Shown: one piece after another, positions 19,594-41,478 of the stretch | Layout: every line of letters starts with the position of its first letter | How positions within the stretch are numbered: the first letter of the stretch is position 1 | Source of the DNA: Blastocystis sp. Blastoise | Lineage: Eukaryota > Protista > Bigyra: Opalinata | Assembly: GCA_039096225.1 (NCBI GenBank) | Contig: JBBPEB010000033.1 | Location: 868,001-932,000, forward strand | Length of the DNA: 64,000 nt | Direction: 5' to 3' | Notes under the pieces: generated by a model | What the model saw: only the letters and a program-made list of their open reading frames with translations | What the model was told of the DNA's origin: nothing | Databases searched by the model: none | Made by a program: the position numbers and the translations under genes

Positions 19594-22158
19594 CAAAATA
19601 TTGTTATTGAATTAAAAAATAATAATAAAATAATTATTGAATTATCAATATAGAATAAGAATAGAATGTATATACTTGTAAATCAGCAACTTGAGCACCT
19701 GAAGAAGCATCAAGATTCATTCTTTCAGCTTCAGCTTGACCCTTGGCATTTTCACTTTGTTCTTTAAGACCAGCAAGAGCTTTAATTTGTTGAGAGACAG
19801 TACCTGCTTGTCTATAATTCTTAGAAGCAATAGCTTTTTGTTTTTCTTGTTCTAAAGCAGGTAATTGACCATCATAACTGACAATCTTATTATTAGCTTC
19901 TTCAATAATAGCTTCTAATGTCTTCATTCTAGTAAGAACACCTTGTAATTGACTTTCAGTACTAGTGACAGTTTGCTTTAAAGTATATACCATATTCTGT
20001 TGAGAAGAAATATCAATAATAGTTTCCATAGTCTTTTGAAGACTACCCTTAAGAGCTTCACCTACAAAACTAATACAATCCATTTCAGCTTTAACACTCT
20101 TAATTTGTTCTAATCTCTTCTCACGTTGTTCATGATTTTCTTTCTTCTTATTATCTACAAAAGATTGAGCATTAGCAAAAGCACCTTTCATTCCTTCAAT
20201 AGCATGAAGTTCAGTTTCTAAATCCTTTTCTCTCTTCTCAATAGGAGCAAAATCAGGCTTAAACTTCTGTCTAACCTTATCAATAGCTTCTTCATTCTCA
20301 GCTATTTGTTGATTTACAAATTCTAATTCATCCTTCTTTGCTTGAAGTTGACGTTCTAATTCTTCAACTTCTTGTTCTAATCCTTCTTTCTTTGATTGAG
20401 ATTCTTCCATAGCAGCATATATATCAGCACTATCCATACGAACTAATCCTTCTACTTTATTTCTTTCTTCAGCAATACTATTCTTAACACTCTCACAACC
20501 ACTAATACGAGCAGCTAAAGTATTACGCATACCTTCTAAACGAGCTTCGTTATCAGCATCATCCTTATCAAGAGCTTCAACAGCAGCATGGCTTTGACTC
20601 TATATATAACATTAATTATTAATTTAATTATAGTCATAAGAATATATTCATTGTAGTAATGAATAATAGAAAAATAATATATATAATAAATAATAAATAA
20701 TAAATAATAAATAATAAATAATAAATAATAAATAATAAATAATAAATAATAAATAATAAATAATAAATAATAAATAATATAATAATATAATAATATAATA
20801 ATATATATATACTTCTAATTGCTTAAAATAAATACCATAAGTCTTATACACAGATTCTAAAGAAATAATTTCTGTTTGAACCTTATTAGATTTCACTTGT
20901 TGAGCTTGAGAAGCTCTTAAAATACTTTGACGAACATCATTTTCATTCTTAGAAATTTCTTCCTTTAATTTCTCAATACTAGCATTAATTTGATCAGCCT
21001 ATATAGAATTAAAATTAATTATATTCATATTTAATATATAATAAAATATATTAAGATAACTTATTATAAATATTTTTAAAATGATTTTTAAAAATCTGTT
21101 ATAGAAAAAAAATGTTGTAAAAAAAATAATAGCAAATGACTAACAATATTATTCAATATACTTTAGCATAATCTTCAGCAGCAATAGCACCATGGACAAG
21201 AGCTTCTCCTTCGACAACTTGAGCTTGAATACGACTAATTTCATTTTCAAAACCAGAAACAATTTCATCCATCTTCTTTTCAGCTTCATCAAAACGAATA
21301 ATTTCACTACGAAGTTGATTGGCTACTTGCATGACCTTTTGTTTAGCAGCAGTAAGAGGATCATTTGAAGTAGGTGTACTAGGAGCAGGAGCAGAAGCAG
21401 GAGCAGGAGCAGATACAGGAGCATTAGGAGCACTAGTAGAAATAGGAGAAGGAGCAGCTACAGGAGCACCAATATTAGCACGAGGACCAGCATTAGGGCC
21501 ACCGAGTATAGAACGAGGACCAGAACCTGGAGCACCAATGTGACTACGAGGACCACCATGCTTTAAAAGAAAAGTTATAATATAATAATATAGAATATAT
21601 ATAGAATAATAAATAATCAAATAAATATAATATAAATTGAATAATAGCAATAATAAATAGCAATAAATATAAAAAAATGAAACACTAAAAATGTCAAATT
21701 TACTCAAACAACTATAAACTTACCATTTGAGGTACAGGTTGAGCAATAGGGGCAGGAGCAGGTTGAGCAATAGGAGCAGGAGCAGCTACAGGAGCAACAG
21801 GGGCAGGAGCACTATTAAGTCCTCTATAATAATAAAGAATAATTATATTATGGATATATTATGAAAAAGAAAAAAGGAGGAAAATAAATTGCTTTTAAAA
21901 TAAAGAAACATACCCAAACATATCAACAGGAGCATTTGCAGCAGGGGCAGAATTTAATCCACCGAACATGTCTGTAGCAGGAGCTTCAGATAATCCACCA
22001 AACATATCTCCACCATTAGCGGGTGCTGCATTGGAAGGAGCAGCAGGAGCAGCAGGAGCAGCAGGAGCAGCAGGAGCAGCAGGAGCATTCTTATCATTTG
22101 ATTTAGCAGGAGCTTGTCCTTTTTGGTTACCCTTTTTCTTGAAATCAAAAAGACCCAT
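17755..22158 (-). CDS. Coiled-coil protein with Pro/Ala linkers, UVR-like helical motifs and 13 DMFGG[M/L] repeats; function unknown
   Basis: ORF-track exons joined by GT-AG introns from MGLFDFKKK to GGDMFGGLN*. UVR-like motifs include KQKAIASKNYRQAG and AIAAEDYAKA. Confidence 0.75.
20686..20775. repeat. (AAATAAT)n intronic tandem repeat
   Basis: Heptamer array read directly. Confidence 0.85.
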
Positions 22159-22964
22159 TAGTAAACAATATTGTATAAATAGTAGGGTATATTTTCTTTT
22201 TAAAGAAATAAAATCTATAAACAAGAAATGAAATTCATAACTTGTCGCATTTAGGCAACATTTAGGCTTAAGATTCCATATATACTAGAAGAATCAGGAT
22301 TCCCATGAATATTGACAGATCTAGAAACTTTTCAAATCTAACAATATACTATGAAAACCATAAAATAAGTAAAATTACTGAACAATTGTTTACACACAAA
22401 TGTATACTTCTATTATTAATGAACTGTATGAATTAAATATTCTTGAAAATTGCATAAATATTGTCTATTTGCTACTCTCTATCTTCAATTAATACTGCGA
22501 AGATTATTTTGAAGTTTGTTGTGCCTATATTGTTCATTTCTATTTTGGTATTGCATCTATTTATTATATCAACTATCTTATGAATTCAACTATATCATGT
22601 AGATCACAAAAATAGTGATTTGAATTTGTTTAAAGTATACACAGAATTGTTTTATGTGTTTATACAAAGTATATTAAGTATAGTGTATAAATATTGTGCC
22701 CTATATCATCTATTCCATATCTTGTCTATTTTACATACATTTCTAGAGATGTTTTTCGAGAATGGAATTCTGTTAACTATTTTATATAATATTTAGAATG
22801 ATATCCTATCGTTTATACACTTGAGAATTACTTGAATATAATTATATTGATTGGTTACTTAATAATAATCCATAAAAACCAGATTATTAGTAAGGGATAC
22901 TTATCCCTTTTTATTATTTTAATTACAACAAGACAAGTTCATTTCTTTTCTTTCAAACTCGACC

Positions 22965-24545
22965 ATGAGTTTTAACCCTGTTGCGCAAATTACACAATTT
23001 CTTTCGGATAAATATCCTTTTCAAAGTATACATGCTCATTTAATTCTGATCTGACCTTTTAAAGAAAAAAACGGTAAATCAAAAAGCCTTAAAGGAAGTT
23101 CTATTGAAGACGCTCTCGATGATGAATTTTTGAAATGCTTAAATTTAATTAACAACAAAAGAACAAATCAAAAAAACGAAAAGAAGAAAACTGGAAACAA
23201 AAATATAGATCCAGTATCCTTTCGTTTTTCTTCTTATTTATATAAGATTATTTGTATATAGAAAACATTCAGTAGGTCTATATTTCATGAAGACTTTAAC
23301 AGTATACTTAGTTTCGAAATTAACAATGGAATTCGTATATAATAAGTTATCTTCAAATAATAAATGTATTTATTTAGGCCTTGAAGATAATGATTGTATC
23401 TTAAATCTTGGAATTCCTAAAAGACTTTATGAAGCTGTCAAACAAGAAGTAAATATTAATTTTTATACTATATTCCTTTATTATTATAAAAATTTATACT
23501 ATTATAGTTCACAATATGTTTTTATTTTTGTTATATAGTTATCTCAAGCAACAGATAAAGATCAAGTGAATATTTCTTTACATTTATTATCTTCAAAAGT
23601 ATTTCCCATCCCTCTCTCACGTGTCTCAAAGAACATTATTCAACGACAACAAATCATGAAGGTATATATTGTTATTATTCAAAAGAAAATATATATTTAT
23701 ATTTAAACAGGATATAAATCGTGAGATTATTTTAATTAATGGAAATGAATATGAGGGTGAAATCGAATACTCACGACTCAAAAGTATCTGTTTAGACCAA
23801 GTATGTATAGATTGTTTTTTATTATCATTATATTATATTTTTTATTTTATATTATATTTTATATTTTATTATATTATATTTTATATTATATTTTATTTTA
23901 TATTTTATTATATTATATTATATTATATAGATAGAGATATTTTCTCGAGATGATGAAGGAGCTATAAGTATATATAATGATATGTTGACTCATATGACAA
24001 GAACTCTCCATGGAGGTGATTTATTTCTCTTCTTTTCCTCCCTCCTGCCCTCTCGATTCATCCTCTCCTCTCTTGCTTCTCCTCGAGTTCCTATCTATAT
24101 ACATATCCAAACAGATGCCTATATCTATATATATACTACTACTATCTTCCTTATTCAACAACAAGATCTTCAACCAGTCACTTATATTCTGTATACTATT
24201 ATTATATATATATAATCATCACTATATTCCTCTATACTCTTCAGATGTCTTTTAGAACAAGAACTACACTATCCCCGTGGGACTGCTCTTCCTTCTCCTA
24301 ATAATTGGCCATTAACCACAATCCGCAAACGATCTAATCTATATCTTCAGTATATATACACCTATATATACTTACATTCTAAATAGATTCAATAATATCA
24401 TAAACTATATATATATTTCTTATATTATAAATTACTCTATATAGAGTGTTATCTCCTACCAATTATCTTCGCAGAGAAAAACTTGGTATTAAATATTTAT
24501 TTAAAGATCTTTTCCTTCCCACATCCATCATCTCTTTATATTCCA

Positions 24546-24615
<70 letters not shown>

Positions 24616-25036
24616 CATAATTATGTATTATTGATATTTCCTTTAGTTCCTCCTACAGTTCCTTATCGTACCTTATATTATGAAATCCAGTTTGATTATC
24701 CATCTCTGGGTCTTGAACTCGAAGAAGACCAAGATACACATGCAAACTGTCTTCTTATTATTAAGGTATATATATATAATATGTTTCCTTCTATCGTTTT
24801 ATAAGAGGATACAATTCTTTATTAGCCACTAGGATTCCTTTCCTTATCTATATCTACAAATATATATATAGTCGATTCTTCTTACAAAGCTTCCTCATCA
24901 ATTCCTTTCTGTAGGAGATCATGTCCTTAGTATTAGTGGTATTCCACTTTCAGGCTATACATTCGATCTTGCTATTCATATCATCAAACAGACACCAAGA
25001 CCCTGCACTATTCGATTCTTTGGAATACGACCATAA
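22965..25036 (+). CDS. Hypothetical protein with a C-terminal PDZ domain
   Basis: Multi-exon model from MSFNPVAQ. The C-terminus SLGLELEED...VGDHVLSISGIPLSGYTFDLAIHIIKQTPRPCTIRF fits the PDZ pattern. Confidence 0.7.
23214..23261 (+). other. Candidate U12-type GT-AG intron
   Basis: 5' site GTATCCTTT is the exact U12 consensus and removal keeps the frame; no clear U12 branch point. Confidence 0.5.
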
Positions 25037-25715
25037 TGATGAACATTTATATTCATAATCTTATTTATCTTTTGTCTTCTTTATTTTGTATTTTATATAT
25101 TTATAACTGTAGATGTGATATATTATATTCAATTTGTGTATTGTTTCTAATAACGGTTTACTGAAATACTGAATAGTATATAATAACAATAAAAAACTCA
25201 TTTCATTAATATATATTTACTATGGAGAGATTTCTTATTATCTTTTACACTTTTACTATTTTTACGTATGTATATCAAATAAGAATACAGATCTTAATGT
25301 AAACAATAATTAAAATTGAATAAAAACAAATTAAAAAGGAAAATATATTAGTTTAATGAATAAACAATATAAAATAATTATTTTAAGAACAATTAAAACA
25401 AAATCAAAACAACAAAAATGACTAAATAATGAAAAATAAAATATATATATATAATCATCTAATAAAAAAAAAGACTAATGAAAAATATTATTGAATAAAA
25501 TCATTTATTCTTTGAATGACTAAGAAAATAGAAATAAAAATCTTTCTATTTTGGATTAAAAGAATTCTTTATATAGGCGCTAAAGAATAATATTAAAAAA
25601 AAGAAAAATTATAAATATATAGAATATAAAAAGTTCATAAATAATAAATGAACTGAGAAACCTTTATATAATGAATACTCCTGATAATGAAAAGTATGAG
25701 TGCGTTAATTATAAG

Positions 25716-31848
<6,133 letters not shown>

Positions 31849-32019
31849 CAATAAAGTAATAGAGATTTATTTTAGTGAATAAATATTTTAAAAAATCAAA
31901 AAAAAAGTGTGTGTTTTTTTTTTTTTTTTTTTTGCTAAATTTTTAAAGGTAAAAAATAACAGCAAAACAAATTTTGAATAAATGAATATATAATTTTTAT
32001 TTCAAATAAATAAATTAAT

Positions 32020-32833
32020 TAATTATTCTTTCTTTTCTTTTTCTTCTTTTGAAATAATATTAAATGTAAGATAATATACAACGCAAGCAAGGAGAATGAA
32101 TACAATAGGAATATAGAGAATAAAACAATGAGTAAATAACTCATAGAGTGAATAATCCATATGTATCAAAATTAAGAATTTATGATATTATTGATTGAGT
32201 AAGAAAATATAATAGAATATACATAAAGGATATGATTCAGAATACATGTTTGGAAAAACAATACAAATATTGTTATAATAATATACACCCATTTGAGAAA
32301 TGTAATAAGTAATCGATGATGATTCATAAATTGAGTAGGATCTTTAATATATCGTAAGGAGATTAACTGGGTCTATATATATATATATATGAGAAATCAA
32401 TAATTCTTAAAATAAAAGAATATAATAATAAAATGAAAAATATAAAGACACATACAATAGTACCTGGATAAGCTTCAATTACATTGACCACAGAAAATAG
32501 AATAATACATAAAAAATAGTAATTATATTAAGAAAATCAATAGATAATTATATTAAGAAAATCAATAGATATGCAAAAATAGAAAAATGATACTATAAAT
32601 ATGAAAAGATATTCCTAATAGAATAAATGTAAAGAAGGAGGATGCTAAAATATATAAATTATTATTATATAAATTTAAATTAAATAAATACATTTTAATG
32701 TTTCAAATCCAGTATATAATGAATAACTTAAATATACTAAACTTGCATAATAAGGTAATGTAGCAACTTTATATAGAAGAGCAACAATTACCCAAATTGA
32801 TTTATCTGATTCTGTTTGACTAATCGTCGACAT
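32020..32833 (-). CDS. Small multi-exon hydrophobic (membrane) protein; boundaries uncertain
   Basis: MSTISQTESDKSIWVIVALLYKVATLPYYASLVYLSYSLY followed by GT...AG introns and further coding-like segments; start and stop not firmly established. Confidence 0.4.
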
Positions 32834-33203
32834 GTTTATTCAATGAAATATCACAATGACTCTATATATATTATATATGATAATTCACTTTGAAATATAT
32901 ATAATAATTTAGATCTTAATAAATACAAGAAAAATAGAGAAGGAAAAAAGAAATAATATAAAAATTATGAGAATTCTGATAATAACAGTCATTTTTCCAT
33001 TTTTGATCATGGAAAATCGTGTTCTTTTCTCTTCTACTAATGGTTCTCCTTTTGGTTTTCTATTCTTTTTGTATCAAACAGTGTTGTTCTATATTTACTT
33101 AGTTTTCTCGTTTATTTTTTGTATTTATATATGAATCAATATTTTATTCACTTTTTAAACCATATTTATAACATATATTGTAAATATAATTTATAGAGAG
33201 ATC

Positions 33204-34429
<1,226 letters not shown>

Positions 34430-34916
34430 ACTTTAATTTATTATTTTTTATTATTTATTATTATTTTGTTATATTCTCTAAATAAATTATTCTTGAAATT
34501 CTCTATTTCAAAAATAACTAATTAATATATACATTTTCAAACATTTTTTCTCTAAAAAAAATAACATATCAAAATTAAACATAATATTAATTTTTTCATT
34601 CGGTATTTATGTTTGTTCCCATTTTATTACTTATTGTCTCAAAACCTAAAAATATAGCAGTAACATAAATTCAAAATGATCACTCTAAGACAAAAGAATG
34701 ATATCATTCTTCTCTAAATACTATTTCTAACTATAACAACAGTATTTCCAATAATTAGTTATTCATTATAGTATAATTTATGATTGAAATTGACAAAAAT
34801 AAAATTTCATGATTATTTGAAGAAAATTAGGTTAAAACACATTTGTTTTCAAGAATAGAAAGTCTTGTTTTCTAATCGTATTTCTTTCTAATTTCACTTC
34901 ATTATCTTTCAAAGAA

Positions 34917-36081
34917 ATGTTCACAAGAGTTTTAAGAACCTCGATTACCAAGATATCCAAGTCAACTGCAAATTCTGGAAGATTTTTTTCTGATGTAGCG
35001 AAAAAAGAAAAAGAACCTACTAAATGGTATACATATGTTGCAGCTGTTGCTAGTGTTGTTGGTTCAGTTTGGTTATATAAGTACTGGAGTGATGATAAAT
35101 TTAAGTACAGAATGAATCGAGATTATATCTCTAAGGCTCCTTTTGTATACAAATATCTCTCCAAATTCTTCCCAGATATTCCTTTACGTGCTTATAATCA
35201 TACAGCCTTTGAACATACACAAAGTGAAGAATTATTTTCAAAATGGTTTGTTGAAGAAGACTCTAAAAATCGTATATATATTTTTTTTTATTTATTTATT
35301 TATTATTTAAATTTTATTTTATTTTATTTATTTTATTTCATTTATTTTATTTATTTATTTATTTATTTATTTATTTTATTTTATATATTCATTTATTTAA
35401 TATTTGTTTTCATAGAAAGAGGTTTAAATCGTGGGGATATTGTGGATTTTATTAAAAGAGTATGGATATATTATTATATATATATATATTTCCTATATGT
35501 TTTTCTAGATTATTCCTCAAATGACAGATGATGATGCTCAAGAAATATATAATGGTCAAGATTTAGCCTATGTACTCAGTGATTACCGTATGCCTCCCTA
35601 TAAGACGTTGGAGGGTAGGAACAAGACTGTTAGTATAGATGAAGCTTGTTACTTCCTTAATAAGATAATAAAGAAATACTCTATTCCTGAAGAACAATTG
35701 ATTCTCCTTCTACAGCCATTCGCTAAGGAACAAGAACAAGTCAAAGAAATACGTCGAGTGACTGACTTCTATATCCCGCAATTCCTTAAGGAACACAACA
35801 TTTCTCTAGATATTCTTAAGAATCAAACAGCACTATTTAAACAAATAAGCGATCTGGGCGATCTCATCGAAGAGAAAGAAAACGAATATGAAAGTGAAAA
35901 GTGGAACCTTCAATATGTTCTAGAAGATGAAAAAGAAATGTATAAATTACCAAAAGATCAATATACAAAAGAAGATATAGAATATTATAAAGAACAAAAG
36001 AAAGATATTCAAAAACATATTAATTCTCTTTATTATGAAATCAAAGACCTTAAAGCACAATATAAACAATTAAATAAATAA
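34917..36081 (+). CDS. Hypothetical protein with mitochondrial-type presequence, one TM helix and a C-terminal coiled coil
   Basis: MFTRVLRTSITKISKSTANSGRFFS presequence; TM segment WYTYVAAVASVVGSVWLY; two GT-AG introns. Confidence 0.65.
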
Positions 36082-36623
36082 TTTGTTTTCTTAATGATTT
36101 TCTCTTTTTTTCTCTATACTTATATTTATTTCTTTATTATTTTGATACCTATTTGTCACTTTTAATAGTATATATTTTACCTATTCTATATATATATTCA
36201 TTTTATTATTAGATTATTCTATCCTTTTGTTTGTTTTTATATAGTTCAACTGTTCACTGTTATACCAAAACACATAATATACTACTTTTGTTAACAATAA
36301 GTTTCATATTTATTTATTGACGTTATTTTTTTCCACTTTATAATTGAAAAAAATGCAATGAAACTAATGAATTTGTAAATACGTTAATTATTCAATTATT
36401 TGTTTGTTCTTTAACAATTTTTTTTATGAATAGCCCAACCATTGTATAAATCACATTTTTATACAATATATACACATAATAATTTTGTATCTCATGGATA
36501 TTTGTAAATTTTATAGTTTAAAAACTAAAAAGGTCATCCTATTTATGACAATACATATAATTATATTTATTTTAGCAAAGCATGATTGTCTTTTTATAAT
36601 ATTTTCATTAAATTTTGAATGGT

Positions 36624-37867
36624 TAAAAGGGTTAAAAGTGGAAACAAAAATTGTTATAAAAGTGGCCACAAGTTGTGACAAGTTACGAAAAAAAAAGTAA
36701 AGTTTCTATAGTTATGATAACTATATTTTGTTTTCTATTAAAATCGTAACAAATATTTAACAGAATTAAATAAAAAACCGAAAAAAACTTTGAATAAAAT
36801 AATAAATATATATTAATTACTGAAATACTACTGAAAGTAGAAAAAGTATCAAAAGAAATTTTTTAAAATATCATCAAGAGAATCAGATAAAACACTATTT
36901 GAATTGAAATTAGAATTATAATAATCATTTTCATGTTCATTTGTTATTAATTCATTATCATCTATAATTGTTATTGAAGAATCATTAATTGTAGTATCTA
37001 TTTCATCTTCAATAATCATTGAATCATTTTGAATTGAAATAGTATCTGTTTGTGGATTCATATAAAAAAATAAATCTCTTAACAAATTATCATCAGAATA
37101 ACAAAATTTATTCTTTGTAAATAAAATATTCATAAAAGAGAAATATCATTCTACACTAACAGTAGTAGAAGGTAATTGAAGAATGAAAGGAATTACTTTA
37201 GAAATAGAAGGAATTTGTTTAAGAATAGGAAAATAGAATTTTATCATTTGTTCTTTACTTATCATATTTTGAGGAAAACATTCATTTTATTTCTTCTCAT
37301 TATCAATAAAATCTTTCATTTTTGAAACACATAATAAATAATCTTTCTTTTCAATATTTAAAAATCAGATAAAGTGAAAGAAGGAAATGAAGAAGACATC
37401 AAGAAAGGATTGAAATATTTTACTTCATTATAAAATATCATTTGTTTCTTATTCATGAATTTGATTTCTTTCAATTTTAATAATGTATTCGTAAAACCTA
37501 TATAATATAATAATAATAAATGAATAATAAATAATAAATATACTTTTCTTATATTCTTGAATAAATGAAGATTGAACATTTGATAAATTATTTTCTTCAC
37601 ATATTTCATTCACTATCATAATTATATTATCTTTTGAATTCTTCAATTCTTCTTCAATTTCATCTATCAAACTAGAAACATTACAACATTGAAAATTATC
37701 ATTGGATAATAATTTTAATATTTCTTCAAACATTATCCCACTCTTCAAAAGAATCGACATTTCGATTTGTAAAGAAGAAGATAATTGATTATCTTGAAGA
37801 ATATTCAATATTTCTTTATCTTTTTCACTTAACATATCCAATGTTTCTAAATATTCATAGAATGATT
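36624..37867 (-). mobile_element. 3' fragment of the hAT element (inverted copy) with a degenerate terminus near 36624
   Basis: 36830-37867 is the reverse complement of about 43893-44928. 36624-36690 is a decayed version of the TAGAGCGGTTCAAAAGTTGCGAC terminus and its repeats. Confidence 0.8.
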
Positions 37868-38071
37868 AGAGCGATTCAAAAGTTGCGAAAAAGTTGCGAC
37901 AAGTTGCGACAAAGTTGTGACAAGTTGCGACAAGTTGCGACACTTTTTATATGTTATTTGTAAGCCGTATATTTATTATATAATAAATTTATATATATAA
38001 TTATAGAGAGATTTACATGATGATTACATAAATAATTTTTAAATGAATTAAAAATGAGTTTAATACTCTTA

Positions 38072-40992
38072 TAGATCAATTGAGATAATTATAATCAAAT
38101 GGAAGAAAAATAATATAACGAGAATGATTAGTGTAAATCATCTGAAAATATAATCAATCTCAAATAGTGTCATCAAACTCAAATGATTAAGTCAACTCAA
38201 TTGATTCATATCAAACTCAAACAATAGATGTTTTTTGGATAAAACGAGTTTGATAAAGAAAAAAGTGTAACATTTGATTTTATTTGATTTGATTTCAATC
38301 AAATTGATTGATTAATATAAAAACGATTGTAACATATAAAATGAGTAAACAAAGAATTTTGTAAATGTGATTGATCTCATTCAAAGTCAAATACATTTTA
38401 TAATTTGTTTATCATTTTCAACAATAAAACAAATATATATTTATATAAATATTATAAAGAAAAACAATAAAATAAATAAAATATATAAAACGTATTAAAA
38501 CAAGTGAAATGATGAAAACCAATTTATTAAATAAAATACTAATTTACAGGACCAGAAAGAATTGAATCTTGACTATCATTCCAAAAAGTAGATGGAATAA
38601 CAGGAGAAGAAGATCTACTTCTAGGAATATTTGAAGATAATCCCATATTTCTTAAATAACGGTGTTGAGCTTCTAAATGATTTTGAGATTGTCTTCGATT
38701 TGCTTGTTTCATTTCATTAAGAAATGCTTTATAAATCACTGATTCATTTTCTCTTAATGGACTACTTTCAATTGTTGAATTTGTAAGATAAACTAATCCT
38801 TTTATATAATCGTAATAAGTATCCTGTTTCATTTCAAATCTTTGAGATGAAATCAAAAATTTCTTTGTTAATCTTCCAAAATAATTTTCTACTAATAATC
38901 GATGTTTATTAAATGTTTTATTAATAGATGATGAAGAATTAGATGAATTTGAAGAAATATTTTGTGAATTATTATTATTATTTTCTGAAACAGAAGATGA
39001 AGAATTATTATTAGAATTATTATTATTTCGATTAATTTGAGAATCATTTATAGATATTTGATTAGAAGAAATATTTTGAGAATTATTATTATTAGTTCGA
39101 GAAGAAGAAGAAGAAATAGAAGAATGATTTGATCCAGGAGAAGTTAATAATTCTTCACCACCTCCAACATATCCTTCATCAGCTAATATATATAATTCTT
39201 CATTATTATTATTATTATTATCTTCTCCATATTTATCATGAATCATATTTCTTAAACCATTTATTATCACATTTCTATATGTTCGATACATTATTACATC
39301 ATGAGAAGAAGCAGGATGTCCAGGACTAACATAAACACAATATCCATTGTGATTGATAATAAATTGAGAATTCAATGCAGTTTTCTTATGTTTATAAGAA
39401 TAATATTTTTTAACATCAATTCCATTATTAGAAATATTTCCAAATAATTGATGTCTTCCATCAATCACAAATGTAGAATTCAATACTTTAGGAAGAGAAG
39501 AAAGTATTCTTGAATCAATTCGATCTAATTTCATATTAAGTTTAGGAACATCAAAATTTGATGAAAATTCATTGAAACACATTCCAATTGAATGAATTCC
39601 TCTTCTAAGAGCTGTATGAATTTTTGATAATTTGATATGAAATTGAGTAGCTAATTTATTTCCAGAAATTGCTAATCTATACCACATAAGAGTAAAAAAT
39701 ATTGCTTGATTCGCAGGAAGCATTGTTGATGAACACATTCCATAATGTTGAAGAGCTATGAAAAAATATTTAATACATATTTAATAAAATTAATATAAAC
39801 ATAATATTTTTTCTTAGATAAATCATTAGTAATATTGTATAATAATTATTTAAATAAAAACAAAAATTATTAGATAATGATTGATACTATATAAAATTTA
39901 TAATTTTATAAAATAATAATATATATATTATATATACCTTGTTGAAGAATAATCATAATTTTATCTTCATTAAATCCTGTTAGATTGAATAGATTGACAG
40001 ATGTATTGAGTTTTGATAATAGTGTAAATGGAATCAAAGTAATTTCTTCTTCTTCATCATGATCTGGATCATTTTCATAATCAGCTACAAAAATATCTTG
40101 AATTTCTTCTAGAGTATCTTCAACATTAGTAGAGTTGAGATCTGTGATAGATCTTCTATGAAGTTCTGAAAATGTAGGTATTGAAGTAGGTATTGATTGA
40201 ACTAAACCATTTATTCCTTGTTCATTTATTTCATTACTACTTTGTACAGGTCTTCCTCTTGGCATTTGTCTAAATAATTAAAAATAGCATTAATTAAATA
40301 AATATATAATTTATCAAAAATAATTTTAAAAATAAAAACAAATTTTCAATAGTAAACTAATTGAGACCTCATAATAGTATAAAGATGATGAATAAATATT
40401 AATATATAATATGAATATGAAACAAACTTTAAAAAATCGTAATGAGAAGTAAAAACTTCATTTATGAGTCTATATATATGTACATACAATGAAATCAAAA
40501 AGATAGTAAATATTAACTATATCAAAGAATATCTATTAAGCTATATAATATAAAAATATATATAATAACGAAATTTCAAATTTATTGATCTTTATCAAAT
40601 TGCAATAATCATGAATATTTACAAAAATTGTTATAAATTTCGGTTATTTTCATCAATTTGATAATATCTCATAAAAACGTGTTGATTTTTGTCAACTCAT
40701 CTGACGCCAAATGAAAGAGAAGAAATAAGTATCAAGTATAACAATTTGATTGGTTTATCAGTCCTACCTTTGATTCCCTATTTTCTCTTTTTTATATAAT
40801 CAACTCCATTTGCTCTTATTGATTGGCTTATTAGGTTTATACAATCAAATAGTTTAATCAATCTTTAATGACTTTATTTTTTTACAATTATTTTTATTGT
40901 TTGGGTTTGATTTATTCAACTGTGTTTGATTATAATCAAATCGGATAATCATTACTTTTTTTAATTTGATTTAATTTATACAAATTGATCTA
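38072..40992 (-). mobile_element. PIF/Harbinger-like DNA transposon, 2921 bp, with ~29 bp imperfect TIRs and a TTA target-site duplication
   Basis: Left end TAGATCAATTGAGATAATTATAATCAAAT versus reverse-complemented right end TAGATCAATTTGTATAAATTAAATCAAAT. TTA at 38069-38071 and 40993-40995. The reconstructed empty site aligns without gaps to the uninterrupted paralogues near 41340 and 41685. Confidence 0.88.
38539..40265 (-). CDS. Harbinger/IS5-like DDE transposase (HTH_Tnp_4 plus DDE_Tnp_4 type), two exons, 514 aa, apparently intact
   Basis: Exons 40265-39938 and 39755-38539 joined by a GT-AG intron. Motifs FNLTGF, FVIDGRH, YSYKHKK, PASSHD, ILADEGY and HRLLVENYFGRL. Confidence 0.88.
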
Positions 40993-41166
40993 TTAATAAG
41001 CGTTTTAAACACTAAAAATTGAATTTTTAAAGTCAAATTTATTCTATAAATATCGTTATTTTAATCATTTTAACAATCTTTTAACGATTTTAAAAATATT
41101 ATATTATTTTTATATTATAAGAATAATGCTATTAAATATAAAAAGTGAAAAATTGAATGTCATAGA

Positions 41167-41478
41167 TAGAGCGGTTCAAAAGTTGCGACAAAAGTTGCGA
41201 CAAAGTTGTGACAGTTATGACACTTTTTATATGTTATTTATAAGCCATATATTTATTATATTATATATTTATATATATAATAATAAAGATATTTTCATGA
41301 AGATTACATAAACAATTTTTAAATAAATTAAAAATAAGTTTAATAACCTTAATAACCATTCTAAACACCAAAATATTTTATTTTTGAAATTCATAAGAAA
41401 AATTCATAGATAAATATCGTTATTTTAAACATTTTTTAATTCTTTTAACGATTTTTAAAATATTATATTACTTTTATA
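41167..41478 (+). mobile_element. hAT-type terminus copy 2 (truncated)
   Basis: TAGAGCGGTTCAAAAGTTGCGAC plus repeats; cut off by the next TIR at 41479. Confidence 0.8.

Larger units (their letters stand above)
37867..41166 (+). mobile_element. hAT-type terminus copy 1 (TIR plus AAGTTGCGAC subterminal repeats), split by the Harbinger insertion
   Basis: Begins TAGAGCGATTCAAAAGTTGCG. Segments 37867-38071 and 40996-41166 align colinearly with copies 2 and 3. Confidence 0.8.

Noticed and set aside
23012-23055. ATATCCTTT...CTGAC as a sixth AT-AC intron
   Set aside because: That splice gives an immediate in-frame TAA; a GT-AG intron ending at 23064 gives an open frame.
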